Below, piece after piece: positions 1 through 8,647 of a stretch of DNA of 64,000 bases. Position numbers and translations under genes: made by a program. This DNA is from Candidatus Caldarchaeum sp. (GTDB lineage Archaea > Thermoproteota > Nitrososphaeria_A > Caldarchaeales > Caldarchaeaceae): contig JAVZZH010000001.1 of NCBI GenBank assembly GCA_038885755.1, forward strand, positions 131,155-195,154, given 5' to 3'. Positions within the stretch are counted from its first letter, which is position 1. Each line of letters starts with the position of its first letter. Below the pieces are notes generated by a model. The model was given only the letters and a program-made list of their open reading frames with translations, searched no databases and was not told the DNA's origin.

Positions 1-1
1 C

Positions 2-214
2 GACATCTTTTCACCCGTCTCTGGGAAAATAGTCGAGGTCAACTCAACGCTGCTAGACCATCCCGAGATGCTTAACGAGTCGCCTTACACCGATGGGTGG
101 ATAGCCAAGGTTGAGCTCAGCGACCCGGCTGAGCTCGACAAGCTGATGGACGCCGACGAATACAGGAGGTATCTCGAGGAACTCGAGGAGGAGAAGACAG
201 AGGAAGAGATGTGA
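2..214 (+). CDS. gcvH: Glycine cleavage system H protein, C-terminal part (5' end outside window)
   Basis: Frame 2 translates to DIFSPVSGKIVEVNSTLLDHPEMLNESPYTDGWIAKVELSDPAELDKLMDADEYRRYL...EEM*, the typical GcvH C-terminus. The TGA stop is at 212-214. Confidence 0.8.
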   Translation, partial: DIFSPVSGKIVEVNSTLLDHPEMLNESPYTDGWIAKVELSDPAELDKLMDADEYRRYLEELEEEKTEEEM

Positions 215-261
215 AGACCAGCCGGCCACAGCATGCATAAGAATATATAGCTCTGGAGCGT

Positions 262-645
262 ATGTGTGGCTTACTAGTTCAAGGAGAGTGTTTGGTCGTG
301 GTTTTGGTCAAGGTTCAGAGGATCACAAGCTACACAGATCCGGAGACGCTGAGGCCCGGGAAGATCATCGAGCTCGTCGAAGTTAGACGCGGTGGTGGTT
401 TTCAGGCCGTCGGCATGGGGGAGGAGTCGGTCATGGTTCAGCGGATGCTTCAGACCGCCATGCTCCAGCTCCAGTCCATGGGGTTGATGCCTGTCTCACG
501 TGAAAACTTGTTTCCGAAAATCATCCTCTACGTGACGGAGCAGGAGTACGACATGCTCAACGTAAAGCTGGAGGTCAACGAGGTTTACGAGGTCAGCTTC
601 AACGACGGTTCTATCGTCTTCAAGAGGCCTCAGGGAATAGGCTAG
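262..645 (+). CDS. Hypothetical protein (127 aa ORF; the true start may be an internal GTG/TTG)
   Basis: Clean ORF with coding-like composition. No family recognised. Confidence 0.4.
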   Translation: MCGLLVQGECLVVVLVKVQRITSYTDPETLRPGKIIELVEVRRGGGFQAVGMGEESVMVQRMLQTAMLQLQSMGLMPVSRENLFPKIILYVTEQEYDMLNVKLEVNEVYEVSFNDGSIVFKRPQGIG

Positions 646-1100
646 TCAGAGCTCCTCCGCTGCCAGAGCTGTTTGAACCAAGAAGGCACTCTGGGTTCTT
701 CTACGACGTCGTAATAGTCGTAAGGCTTGACGTCGAGAACAGGCGTGGATGTGTAGGCGTCGAGGCCCAGAACCTTCAAACCTTCCTCAAACACCTCGAC
801 AAGCCTGCAGACAGCCAAGCCTATCGGGTTGGGCCGTGCAGGACCTCTCGAAGCGAACACACCGACTTCAGGCAGGTCGGGACGGCCCCTCGGCCTGACA
901 ACCAGCTCAGCACGCTTCTCCAGATGGAGGTAGAAAATCACGAAGATGTGGCTGTATTCCTCAAGACCCTTCAACCCCGGGCGGTATTCTTCGAAGATCT
1001 CTATTGTCGAGACATCTCTCCACCGGTTCCACTCCACCGTCTTGTCCAGCGGCATGCCCTCCTTCACACGCCCGACCGGCTTAAGCACAACTATGTCCAA
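642..1100 (-). CDS. trmO: TrmO/TsaA (YaeB, UPF0066) family tRNA methyltransferase
   Basis: Contains RPNPIGLAVCRLVEV...LKVLGLDAYTSTPVLDVKPY, the characteristic YaeB/TsaA C-terminal motif. Confidence 0.75.
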   Translation of the reverse strand: MDIVVLKPVGRVKEGMPLDKTVEWNRWRDVSTIEIFEEYRPGLKGLEEYSHIFVIFYLHLEKRAELVVRPRGRPDLPEVGVFASRGPARPNPIGLAVCRLVEVFEEGLKVLGLDAYTSTPVLDVKPYDYYDVVEEPRVPSWFKQLWQRRSSD

Positions 1101-1103
1101 GAC

Positions 1104-1703
1104 CTAATCCCTCAACGCCACAGCTGTAGCCCAGACACGCTGAACAACTGTGATGAATGAAACGACTGAGATGAAAACAGCTGAGACGTAAAGCATCAGA
1201 GGGTTTAGGTATGCGAGGAACGTGCCGAGGATGGCTGCGACAACCCTCACGGCTCTCTCGCCTATCCCTACTTCTTTGAGGCTCACGCTGAGGGACTCGC
1301 CCCGGGCCCTGACGTAGCTGACCAGCATGGATGAAGCCAGCATCACGACAGCCAACAACCCGTCGACGTATCCAGTGACCATGAAGCCCACGACTATCAA
1401 GCTGTCCGAAACCCGGTCGGAGACCGAGTCGACGAAAGCCCCCATCCTCGACTGGCTTCCAGTCAACCTTGCCAGAGAACCGTCAAGCCCGTCCAGTAGT
1501 GCGCCGAGAGACAGGACAAATCCAGCCGCCAGAAAATAAACACGCTCGACGCGGGCAAGCCCGTAGAAGGCTAGAGACAGAGAGGTCAAGCCAACGCCTG
1601 CAGCCGTCAAGACATTGGGCGAGATACCCGCCTTGGCGAACAGCTTAACAACAGGCAGGGCTGCATTCTCGAATAAAGCCCGGCCACGTCTGCTCACAGC
1701 CAC
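1104..1703 (-). CDS. CDP-alcohol phosphatidyltransferase (archaeal polar-lipid head-group synthase)
   Basis: Carries the DG(x2)AR(x8)G(x3)D(x3)D signature as DGLDGSLARLTGSQSRMGAFVDSVSDRVSD. The protein is multi-TM. Confidence 0.8.
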   Translation of the reverse strand: MAVSRRGRALFENAALPVVKLFAKAGISPNVLTAAGVGLTSLSLAFYGLARVERVYFLAAGFVLSLGALLDGLDGSLARLTGSQSRMGAFVDSVSDRVSDSLIVVGFMVTGYVDGLLAVVMLASSMLVSYVRARGESLSVSLKEVGIGERAVRVVAAILGTFLAYLNPLMLYVSAVFISVVSFITVVQRVWATAVALRD

Positions 1704-1783
1704 GAATGTCCACAGCGTTCTCCTGATTTATGTTTACCTCAAGGCGACAGGTTTATATCATGTTAACGGCGATCCTCTAGCTG

Positions 1784-2137
1784 ATGGCTGCAGACGAGGC
1801 TTTGATGCAGGCGATGAGGCTCGTCGAAGCTGCGAAAACCAACCCCGAAATATCCAAGAAAGCATCAGGGTGGAGCAAGGTCGTGCAGTTCAAGCCAAGC
1901 GACGGCAAGCCGTTCTACATCCACTCGACGGCCGGAGCACTCGCTGTAAGCGAGGGGCTTCACCCCACCCCTTCGGCCTCGATCGAGTCAACTCACCAAG
2001 ACCTTGTCTCAATCCTGAAAGGCGAGATGGACGCCGTCAAAGCTTTCTTCTCGGGAAGGATAAAGATCAAGGGAGATGTCTTCGCAGCACAGGAGCTTAA
2101 CTCCATCTTCACGTCGCTGTTAAAGGGCGGTCAGTAG
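1784..2137 (+). CDS. SCP2 sterol-carrier-like domain protein
   Basis: The C-terminal FFSGRIKIKGDVFAAQEL pattern is typical of SCP2 domains. Size is 117 aa. Confidence 0.6.
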   Translation: MAADEALMQAMRLVEAAKTNPEISKKASGWSKVVQFKPSDGKPFYIHSTAGALAVSEGLHPTPSASIESTHQDLVSILKGEMDAVKAFFSGRIKIKGDVFAAQELNSIFTSLLKGGQ

Positions 2138-2542
2138 GCTCTCGATGGCTTCAACGGTGTTGATTCCCAGCTTCTTCAAAACCCTCAGCCTTCGGTGGTA
2201 AGAGTCGTCAACCCTGTACCCAGAACCGGTAAGCTGTTTGTACAGCCTGGCCGTGTTCTTCATCCCCTCTCTGTCGAAGTCTAGAAGAAGAATCACACGG
2301 GTTGTCGGCGGAACCCTGATCAACTCGGTGCGTAGACGACTCTGAAGAATTATCCTCCCCCTGAACCCCATCTTCCTAAGCGTCCTCACGTCCCTGACTC
2401 CCTCCACCAGAACAACCGTCTCTTCGTCTGACTCATCCACAAGCCTCTTCAGAATCTTTCTAACTTCCTCGTAAACCTCCTCCCTCGACAAGCCGATTCC
2501 CCTTACCCAAGTAGTGATAACATTATAGATATTGCTAAACAT
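2120..2542 (-). CDS. Small Toprim-domain protein (archaeal primase-like/RNase M5-like)
   Basis: Has the Toprim Glu (VVLVEGVRD) and DxD (LLLDFDREG) motifs. Size is 140 aa. Confidence 0.6.
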   Translation of the reverse strand: MFSNIYNVITTWVRGIGLSREEVYEEVRKILKRLVDESDEETVVLVEGVRDVRTLRKMGFRGRIILQSRLRTELIRVPPTTRVILLLDFDREGMKNTARLYKQLTGSGYRVDDSYHRRLRVLKKLGINTVEAIESLLTAL

Positions 2543-2672
2543 TTCTATTCATCTTACGATTGAGAGGATTCTGAAAATCCGTCGGAAAAAGCCTGAAAAC
2601 CATACGGACGTATTACCTTTAGTTATAACCATCCAACAACGCAGAGAAGCCAACGCGAGGTGAAGAAAAGAA

Positions 2673-2819
2673 ATGAAAGTTGTAACGGTGCATCTACCCG
2701 AGCCATACCTCCAAGCGATAGACGAGCTGGTGCGACGCAGGCTGTACCCCAACAGGGCTGAGGCCATACGGATGGCGCTCCGAGACTTCATCAGGTCGGA
2801 GGTACAGATAAGTGAGTGA
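2673..2819 (+). CDS. cdrS: Ribbon-helix-helix (CopG/CdrS-like) small regulator, 48 aa, translationally coupled to ftsZ
   Basis: ATG at 2673 translates to MKVVTVHLPEPYLQAIDELVRRRLYPNRAEAIRMALRDFIRSEVQISE*. This has a beta-strand then two helices, the RHH pattern. GGTGA lies about 10 nt upstream. The TGA at 2817-2819 overlaps the ftsZ GTG at 2812. It falls below the ORF-track length cutoff. Confidence 0.65.
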   Translation: MKVVTVHLPEPYLQAIDELVRRRLYPNRAEAIRMALRDFIRSEVQISE

Positions 2820-3891
2820 GGAATACTTCCTCAACCCTGAGGACATCCGCATCAAGCTGATAGGCGTCGGAGGAGCAGGCTGCAACACAGTAAACCGACT
2901 CGTCTCCGCCGGGATGACGGGAGTTTACACAGTGGCCGCAAACACAGACCTACAGCACCTCGACATGGTGAGGTCTGACAGAAAACTGCTGCTCGGAAAA
3001 ACCGTGACTAGGCTACGTGGAGCTGGAGGAGACCCGGCTAGGGGTCGGAAAGCGGCCGAGGAGTCTGAGGAAGAGATAAGAAGGGCCCTAGAGGGCTCCG
3101 ACATAGTCTTCATAGCCGCCGGCCTGGGAGGAGGAACGGGAACTGGAGGAGCGCCTGTGATTGCAAGGGTCGCTAGGGAGGAGGGAGCAACCGTCGTCGG
3201 AGTGGTCTCGCTGCCCTTCGCCTTCGAGGGACAGGTGAGGAAGAGGATAGCCATGCAGGGTCTCGAAGAGCTGAAGAAATACACGAACACGTCGGTCGTC
3301 ATCGACAACAACAAGCTTCTAGACCTCTATCCACAGCACGGTCTAAGAAGAGCCTTCAGCTTAGCCGACGAGGTGATCAGCAACATGATTCAGAGCATAA
3401 CCGAGTCCATAGCCAAGCCCGGTCTGATAAACATAGACTACGAAGACTTCAAAACAATCGTCTCGAGGGGCAAGCTGGCGTCGCTGGGCATAGGCAGGTC
3501 CTCGTCGGCCAACAAAGCCGAGGAAGCCACCTTCAACGCCCTCCAGACCCCGCTCCTCGACGCAACCTACGAAGGCCTGTCGGGAGCCATCGTCCACGTC
3601 TGCGGCGGCGAGGACATGCAGCTGGCTGAAGCCGCGAGACCAGCCGAGATCGTGTCAGAGCTTATGGGAGAAGACGGCCTAGTCATCTGGGGAGCCAGGA
3701 TCGACGACTCGTACAGCTCGACGATGCAGGTCTCACTGATACTCACAGGCCTGTCTTCGGCGGAGCAGGTGGTCGAGATCAACGAGATAACACCCACCAT
3801 AATTGACCAGAAAATAGCAGAGGAGTCCAGCGAGGAAGTCGACAAGATCCTCGAACAGCTCGGCATAAAGCCCGTGGCATCCTACCATTAA
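2812..3891 (+). CDS. ftsZ: Cell division GTPase FtsZ
   Basis: Has the GGGTGTG tubulin signature (AAGLGGGTGTGGAPVIA), GVGGAGCN, and NTD motifs. The domain layout is full length. Confidence 0.95.
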   Translation: MSEEYFLNPEDIRIKLIGVGGAGCNTVNRLVSAGMTGVYTVAANTDLQHLDMVRSDRKLLLGKTVTRLRGAGGDPARGRKAAEESEEEIRRALEGSDIVFIAAGLGGGTGTGGAPVIARVAREEGATVVGVVSLPFAFEGQVRKRIAMQGLEELKKYTNTSVVIDNNKLLDLYPQHGLRRAFSLADEVISNMIQSITESIAKPGLINIDYEDFKTIVSRGKLASLGIGRSSSANKAEEATFNALQTPLLDATYEGLSGAIVHVCGGEDMQLAEAARPAEIVSELMGEDGLVIWGARIDDSYSSTMQVSLILTGLSSAEQVVEINEITPTIIDQKIAEESSEEVDKILEQLGIKPVASYH

Positions 3892-3923
3892 GCAAATATC
3901 CATCCTTTTTTATTTTTAGCTCG

Positions 3924-4697
3924 TTGAAGAGAATAGTGGAGCAGAGCACTATCGGTTTAATCTTTTCCAGAAGGTCTATCAGGAGATTCCGCAAAACCGA
4001 GATGGATGAGGATACTCTATCGGTGATTGTTGAGGCCGGGCAGGCGGCGCCAGCCTACCTTCAGGCATACTCAATAATATGGGTTAGGGATGAAAAAACC
4101 GTCGAAGAACTCTCCAGAGTATGCGAGTCCGAGGTTGTCAAGCAAGCCTCGGCCGTCCTACTGGTCTGCCTGGATTTCAACAGGCTCTCAACCCTGCTGC
4201 AGAACATCACCAACGAGCATTTTCTAAAGCTCGACTCATATCCGGCCGAGGTGTTGCTCAGCGTTTTCGAAACAGGCCTTGTTGTCATGAATATGATAAC
4301 TGCTTCAGAGGCTTATGGGTACGGCTCTCTACTCCTCGACTGCGGGCTGTTCGAGTGCGAGAAGCTGGTTGAGCTTTTCAAGCTGCCTCACGGAGTAGTT
4401 CCGCTTGCCATACTCCTCATCGGCGAGAAGGACGAGAACCCTCCCAGAAGACCTCGGTGGGGGTTGAAGAACATCCTCCACGTCGACAGCTACAAGCCCG
4501 CCGACCAAGACGATGTCATCGAGTATCTGTCAACAGCTGAAAAAACACTATCGTCTGAAGGATACCTCATGAAGTACGCTAACTTCGCAGGCAGCTACGT
4601 CGAATACCTAGCTGAGAGGCTCAGGGCTTCGAAGGATGTTAAACAATCCTACGAACAGCTTTCAGCCTTCCTCAGAAAAAGAGGCCTGAAGGTCTAG
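3924..4697 (+). CDS. Nitroreductase family protein
   Basis: N-terminal FSRRSIRRF...AGQAAPAYLQAYSIIWV matches the nitroreductase pattern. Confidence 0.7.
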   Translation: MKRIVEQSTIGLIFSRRSIRRFRKTEMDEDTLSVIVEAGQAAPAYLQAYSIIWVRDEKTVEELSRVCESEVVKQASAVLLVCLDFNRLSTLLQNITNEHFLKLDSYPAEVLLSVFETGLVVMNMITASEAYGYGSLLLDCGLFECEKLVELFKLPHGVVPLAILLIGEKDENPPRRPRWGLKNILHVDSYKPADQDDVIEYLSTAEKTLSSEGYLMKYANFAGSYVEYLAERLRASKDVKQSYEQLSAFLRKRGLKV

Positions 4698-4742
4698 CCC
4701 GTCCTTACAGTCTTAAATTCTCCCCCTCAACCATAGCCGTGG

Positions 4743-5804
4743 ATGAGCTTAGAGGAGGAAGTTGTCGCTATCCTCAACCAGTACGCCTCCTACGTGGAAA
4801 AGGCTGTCGAGAACCATGTGCCGAGAGTTTTCGAGGAAGATTACTTACAGTATGAGTATGGAGCTTCCCGTTTCCGCTACCATCCCGCCTCTCTCACCGA
4901 AGGGTTGTCCAAGCCTTTCTGGGAGCTGTTCAGCCGTGGGGGGAAACGATGGAGACCAGCCCTGACCGTCCTCACCTACGAGGCTTTGGGAGGAGAGGCT
5001 GGAGAGATCGTATACGCTGCAGCTGTGCCCGAGATTATCCACAACGCCACGCTGATGGTCGACGATGTGGAGGACTCCAGCCTGATGCGGAGGGGGAAGC
5101 CCTGCATCCACCACATCTACGGTGTCGACATAGCTGTGAACGCAGGCAACGCCCTCTACTACCTCCCAATCTACCTCCTTACGAAGAGAGTCGATGAGCG
5201 TAAAGCATGCCAGCTGTTGAGAAAATACGTCGAGATGATGGTAAGGCTCAGCCTAGGCCAGACCATGGACATAGTATGGCACAGAGGGCTTTTTGACGAC
5301 ATTACGGAGGCGAACTATCTGCAGATGGCTTCCTTCAAGACGGGAGCTCTGTCGAGGTTCTCCGTGGAAATAGCATGCATCTATGCGGGGAGGTATGATT
5401 TGATCGAGGTTGTTGGGGATTTCGGCGAAGCCGTGGGAACGGCTTTCCAGATACAGGACGACTACCTGAACATCTTCGGCGAGGAGGAGAGGTACAGGAA
5501 GGAGATCGGCGGGGACATCACTGAGGGTAAGTATACTTTGATGACCGTTTACGCACTACGACACCTGCCGGCTGACAAAAGCAGAAGGCTTCGAGAAATA
5601 CTGGCGTCCCACACAACCGACAAGGCGAGGATCCAAGAAGCCATACAGCTGATCAAGGAGTCTGGCGCAGGCGAGCTAGCTAAATCAACTTCGAGAAGTC
5701 TCGTCGAGAAGGCTTGGACGAGAATCAACAACATCCTGCCGGAGTCGGAGGCCAAGGCCATGCTCGGAAAGCTTGTCAGGTTCCTCGTAGACCGGACGCT
5801 GTAA
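4743..5804 (+). CDS. idsA: Polyprenyl (geranylgeranyl) diphosphate synthase
   Basis: First Asp-rich motif is MVDDVEDSSLMRRG and the second is FQIQDDYLN. Confidence 0.85.
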   Translation: MSLEEEVVAILNQYASYVEKAVENHVPRVFEEDYLQYEYGASRFRYHPASLTEGLSKPFWELFSRGGKRWRPALTVLTYEALGGEAGEIVYAAAVPEIIHNATLMVDDVEDSSLMRRGKPCIHHIYGVDIAVNAGNALYYLPIYLLTKRVDERKACQLLRKYVEMMVRLSLGQTMDIVWHRGLFDDITEANYLQMASFKTGALSRFSVEIACIYAGRYDLIEVVGDFGEAVGTAFQIQDDYLNIFGEEERYRKEIGGDITEGKYTLMTVYALRHLPADKSRRLREILASHTTDKARIQEAIQLIKESGAGELAKSTSRSLVEKAWTRINNILPESEAKAMLGKLVRFLVDRTL

Positions 5805-5838
5805 AAACCTTATCAAACCCCTTTCACCAGTATAATCC

Positions 5839-6330
5839 ATGTCCTCGATGAAGCTTGAAGTCGTCGACGTGAAGATCCCTGAGGGCTGCAACGTTGTTTT
5901 CGGAGTCTCTCATTTCATCAAGACCGTTGAAGACCTGTATGAAGCCGTGGTCAACACCGTTCCCGGAGCCAAGTTTGGGCTTGCTTTCATGGAGGCGAGC
6001 GGGCCCTGCTTAGTGCGCCACGAAGGCACAGACCAAGAATTGAGGAAGCATGCCGCCGAAACCATGCTCAAAATCGGATGCGGCCACACATTCATACTGT
6101 TCATCAAAGGCTTCTACCCCATCAACATCATGCAGAGGCTTAAGGACGTTCCAGAAGTATGCACGATACTAGCTGCGACAGCCAACCCTCTTCAGATAAT
6201 CGTCGTCGAGACAGAGCAGGGACGTGGAGTGCTAGGAGTCGTCGACGGCCACAAGCCAAAAGGAGTAGAGGACGAGAAACACATCGAGGAGAGGAAACAA
6301 TTCCTCCGCAAGATAGGATACAAACTCTAA
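5839..6330 (+). CDS. Adenosine-specific kinase family protein (PAE2307-like)
   Basis: Contains [13 protein letters not shown]...[13 protein letters not shown]...[25 protein letters not shown]...[12 protein letters not shown], typical of this small archaeal family. Confidence 0.7.
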   Translation: MSSMKLEVVDVKIPEGCNVVFGVSHFIKTVEDLYEAVVNTVPGAKFGLAFMEASGPCLVRHEGTDQELRKHAAETMLKIGCGHTFILFIKGFYPINIMQRLKDVPEVCTILAATANPLQIIVVETEQGRGVLGVVDGHKPKGVEDEKHIEERKQFLRKIGYKL

Positions 6331-6346
6331 AAAATCAAGAACTCCA

Positions 6347-6874
6347 TCACAACATTTTTCTCAACCTCTTGACGAAGCTGCGGTACATCCTTGGGTTGTC
6401 GAAAACCCATGAATTGACTCCGTTGATCCTGACCGGCTCAGTCTCAAGCACCTCGATAACCTCCTCACGGGGAAAAACTCTGACGTAATGCTTAGGGTTT
6501 TTGATGAGCAGGATGCGTCGGTATTCGACTTCGTGCAGATGAGTCACGGGTGTGCCCGGCTCCTTTTCAACCATCTGGATATATCGCTGGATGTCGTCTA
6601 GGTTGATGGAATTCTGTTTTCCCCGTCTTTTCCATTCGTCGACGCATGCGTGGAAGAAGCCGACGACGTCGTCGATGTACGGCTTACCATCGTTGAAGTA
6701 GAGCAGGACAATTGGATGAGAAAGCCACCCCCTCAAACCATCCCGTATTAGGCCGAGCTTCCGGAAAAAGGCGTTGAGAACCTGCTTCGCCTCGACACGC
6801 TGCTTGCCCAGCCTCAGGTCGTCGAGGACTGACGCAGACCTCGCCCAATCAACGTACGGCCGGAAGACCTGCAT
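6347..6874 (-). CDS. Conserved hypothetical protein, fourth gene of the crt operon; tentative endonuclease-V-type (pyrimidine-dimer glycosylase-like) N-terminal motif
   Basis: The N-terminus is MQVFRPYVDWARSASVLDDLRLGKQRVEAKQVL. It lies 25 nt downstream of the UbiA gene on the same strand. The functional assignment rests on by-eye resemblance only. Confidence 0.45.
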   Translation of the reverse strand: MQVFRPYVDWARSASVLDDLRLGKQRVEAKQVLNAFFRKLGLIRDGLRGWLSHPIVLLYFNDGKPYIDDVVGFFHACVDEWKRRGKQNSINLDDIQRYIQMVEKEPGTPVTHLHEVEYRRILLIKNPKHYVRVFPREEVIEVLETEPVRINGVNSWVFDNPRMYRSFVKRLRKML

Positions 6875-6899
6875 CGATCCGGTCGTTGGCCGCTGGAAT

Positions 6900-7772
6900 T
6901 TAAGCTAGCGGCGGGAAAAAGGGAATGATTTTATGGTTGACCAGCCCCAGCCAGAGCGTTCCCCCTAGCGTGGTGTTGATGTATGGCAGAAGCCAGTAGA
7001 CACGGTTGATGTCTCTTTTGAAGAGAAGCACGGACAGCGGCACCGCTGGGTAGATGAGTGTGAGGATGCTGAGTGGATGGTAGTTGGTGAGTGTTATGGC
7101 GAGGTAGACGAGGCCCGTCCAGAAGACCGCGACGAGGATGAGGGCGGGTGTTCTTCCGATGACTACAGGTGTTGTCTTGATGCCGACGCTGCGGTCGTAT
7201 TCGATGTCTGGGACGGCTGAGAAGATATGCATCGCCGCTATGTGGAGGAATCCGGCCAGCAGGATAGGGGCTGCGGGCAGAGTGCCCGAAGCTATGTAGT
7301 GGCCGAACACTCCCGGCATGATGTAGAGGTAGTTGGAGGCGAAGTCGATGAAGGGCTTGCTTTTGAAGCGGAGAGGCGGGGCGCTGTAGAAAACTGCGAG
7401 GAAGAGGAATCCTCCGAACAGCAGACGGGCCACGCTGTCCTGAGTAAGCATTAATAGCAGGCTCAGCACGAGGATGAAAATCAGCAGCCGTCCCAGTCTA
7501 CGCCTCTCACCTCCCAATACACGGACTTCCTTCGAATCCTTCTTCGGGTTCAGCAAATCGGTTTCCGTGTCGAAGTAGTCGTTGATTCCGTAGATCAGTA
7601 TGTTAGCGGGTATGAAGAAATAGAGCAGGTAGACATAGTACTCGAGTTTGAGAAAGTCGTTGAAACCGGAAGCTCCGAGGGTGTATCCTACGACGTACGG
7701 GCCGGCTGCGTAGATCCAGAACCTAAACCGGGAAATCTTCAGAATGTTTTTGACGGACTGGGTTAGAACCAC
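6900..7772 (-). CDS. UbiA-family prenyltransferase (possible carotenoid/lycopene prenyltransferase)
   Basis: Has the NDYFDTETD Asp-rich motif and is multi-TM. It overlaps the crtB stop by 10 nt. Confidence 0.7.
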   Translation of the reverse strand: MVLTQSVKNILKISRFRFWIYAAGPYVVGYTLGASGFNDFLKLEYYVYLLYFFIPANILIYGINDYFDTETDLLNPKKDSKEVRVLGGERRRLGRLLIFILVLSLLLMLTQDSVARLLFGGFLFLAVFYSAPPLRFKSKPFIDFASNYLYIMPGVFGHYIASGTLPAAPILLAGFLHIAAMHIFSAVPDIEYDRSVGIKTTPVVIGRTPALILVAVFWTGLVYLAITLTNYHPLSILTLIYPAVPLSVLLFKRDINRVYWLLPYINTTLGGTLWLGLVNHKIIPFFPPLA

Positions 7773-8647
7773 GGCAGTCCACCGAGGGGAAACTTGAATC
7801 GAATGGTTCGGATGAAGTTGAAGTTGGCGTTGAAAATGATGCGGGTTTTATTCGGCTTGACTTTGTGGAGGAAGACGATTGACGGAGTTCTGTAGATTGT
7901 TTTCGCGGTCCACTTGTACATGTCAGCTGCGGTTTTGATCGGGATTAGGTAGCGGTAGGGGATGTATCTGTATCCCTTTTCAGCGATCTTCTGCCATTCG
8001 AGGTATCTGAGGATTTGACGGCGGATGAAGCTATGAAACGACCGGGTCTTCGGGCAGATGATGTAAGGGTCAAAGCCCTCGATTCCATATTCCCTTAACT
8101 CCTGTAGGGGCAGGTACTGTCTACCGAGGATGAAGTCCTCACGGATGTCGCGGATGAAGTTGATGTACTGCATGGCTCTGCCAAGATAACGTGCGTAGAT
8201 GTATGATTCCTCGCTGAGGCCGAGTATCTTAGCCATGAAGAGTCCAACTACTTCTGCGGAGCCATACATGTATTTGCAGAGTTCGTCGATTGTTTCGTAG
8301 GTTTTATGATAGAGGTCAGACTGCATCGCGTCTAGGAAGGCTTCAACCCACGCTGGCTCGAATTTCTTCTCGTTTGACAGGGCGACGAACTCCCGGACAA
8401 CTACGTCGGATGTTGGGTAGCCGTTGACGGCTTTTTCGTATTCTTCGCGGAATTGGAAGAACCCGTCCACGTCTTGGGGCATGACGTCGACGAAGTTGTC
8501 AGCTTTACGGAGGAAAGCATAGAGGCGGAAAACCTCGGCCCTCACCTGCGGTGGGAAGAAGAGCGTGCTGTTGAAGTAAGTCATGCTGCCGCGTTTAAAC
8601 AACTTGTAGACCTCCGGCTCCACTTCAACGGTTTTATTGAACAGCAT
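7763..8647 (-). CDS. crtB: Phytoene synthase
   Basis: Squalene/phytoene synthase motifs YMYGSAEVVGLFM and NFIRDIREDFILGRQYLP. The start abuts the crtI stop (TAAATG). Confidence 0.85.
   Translation of the reverse strand: MLFNKTVEVEPEVYKLFKRGSMTYFNSTLFFPPQVRAEVFRLYAFLRKADNFVDVMPQDVDGFFQFREEYEKAVNGYPTSDVVVREFVALSNEKKFEPAWVEAFLDAMQSDLYHKTYETIDELCKYMYGSAEVVGLFMAKILGLSEESYIYARYLGRAMQYINFIRDIREDFILGRQYLPLQELREYGIEGFDPYIICPKTRSFHSFIRRQILRYLEWQKIAEKGYRYIPYRYLIPIKTAADMYKWTAKTIYRTPSIVFLHKVKPNKTRIIFNANFNFIRTIRFKFPLGGLPWF

Noticed and set aside
2549-2888. Minus-strand ORFs 2549-2791 and 2694-2888
   Set aside because: They run antisense to the RHH gene and the ftsZ start and have no protein-like features.
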